From: Candidatus Velthaea sp.
GTDB lineage: Bacteria; Vulcanimicrobiota; Vulcanimicrobiia; Vulcanimicrobiales; Vulcanimicrobiaceae
Length of the DNA stretch: 64,000 nt
Reading direction: 5' to 3'
NCBI GenBank assembly: GCA_965214935.1
Contig: CBDCCS010000011.1
Coordinates: forward strand, 32,001 to 96,000
Below the pieces are notes generated by a model. That model worked only from the letters and a program-made list of their open reading frames with translations, was not told the DNA's origin and searched no databases. This document shows positions 63,933 through 64,000 of this stretch, piece by piece; within the stretch, counting starts at the first letter, position 1; each line of letters starts with the position of its first letter. Position numbers and translations under genes: made by a program.

Positions 63933-64000
63933 AGCGTCGATGTCCTTACTGGCACGGTGAGCGGAAAACTCGGCGCGCACGTCGCGTTCGAGATCGAGGA

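Overview
A GC-rich bacterial chromosomal window, almost entirely housekeeping and accessory genes, with no CRISPR array, rRNA or intact mobile element that I can support. In order: (1) the end of a flagellar/chemotaxis operon (fliM-fliY/N-fliOPQR-flhB-flhA-PilZ-cheC-cheA-cheW); (2) a translation/repair operon (rlmD, gatCAB, mutS2, tyrS), hslO, HU and tRNA-Pro(GGG); (3) accessory genes including a TetR regulator with an IS1634-transposase-like N-terminus; (4) a Kdp locus whose sensor appears split into a soluble tandem-KdpD/Usp protein and a divergent TM-GAF-kinase paired with a NarL-type regulator, plus two unannotated 29-aa peptides ahead of kdpABC; (5) a metal-themed operon (RcnA-like, HoxN-like, split DUF4331 pair, TPR) and a fasciclin gene; (6) about 1.7 kb of unexplained lower-GC non-coding DNA with degenerate 124-144 bp tandem repeats; (7) a stand-alone rpoB with long charged terminal extensions, its own promoter and terminator, and no adjacent rpoC or rplL; (8) an ABC-F gene, an AlkB homologue with a perfect LexA box, and an M16 protease divergent from a Cys-rich TonB-dependent receptor; (9) rplK-rplA / rplJ-rplL split by an antisense GNAT gene, then an HD-GYP gene. 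An outer-membrane receptor together with Firmicute-style FliY/CheC and a GAAC-N4-GTTC SOS box suggests a diderm Terrabacterium, possibly Vulcanimicrobiota (Eremiobacterota); this is inference only. All family calls come from motif recognition by eye, not database searches.
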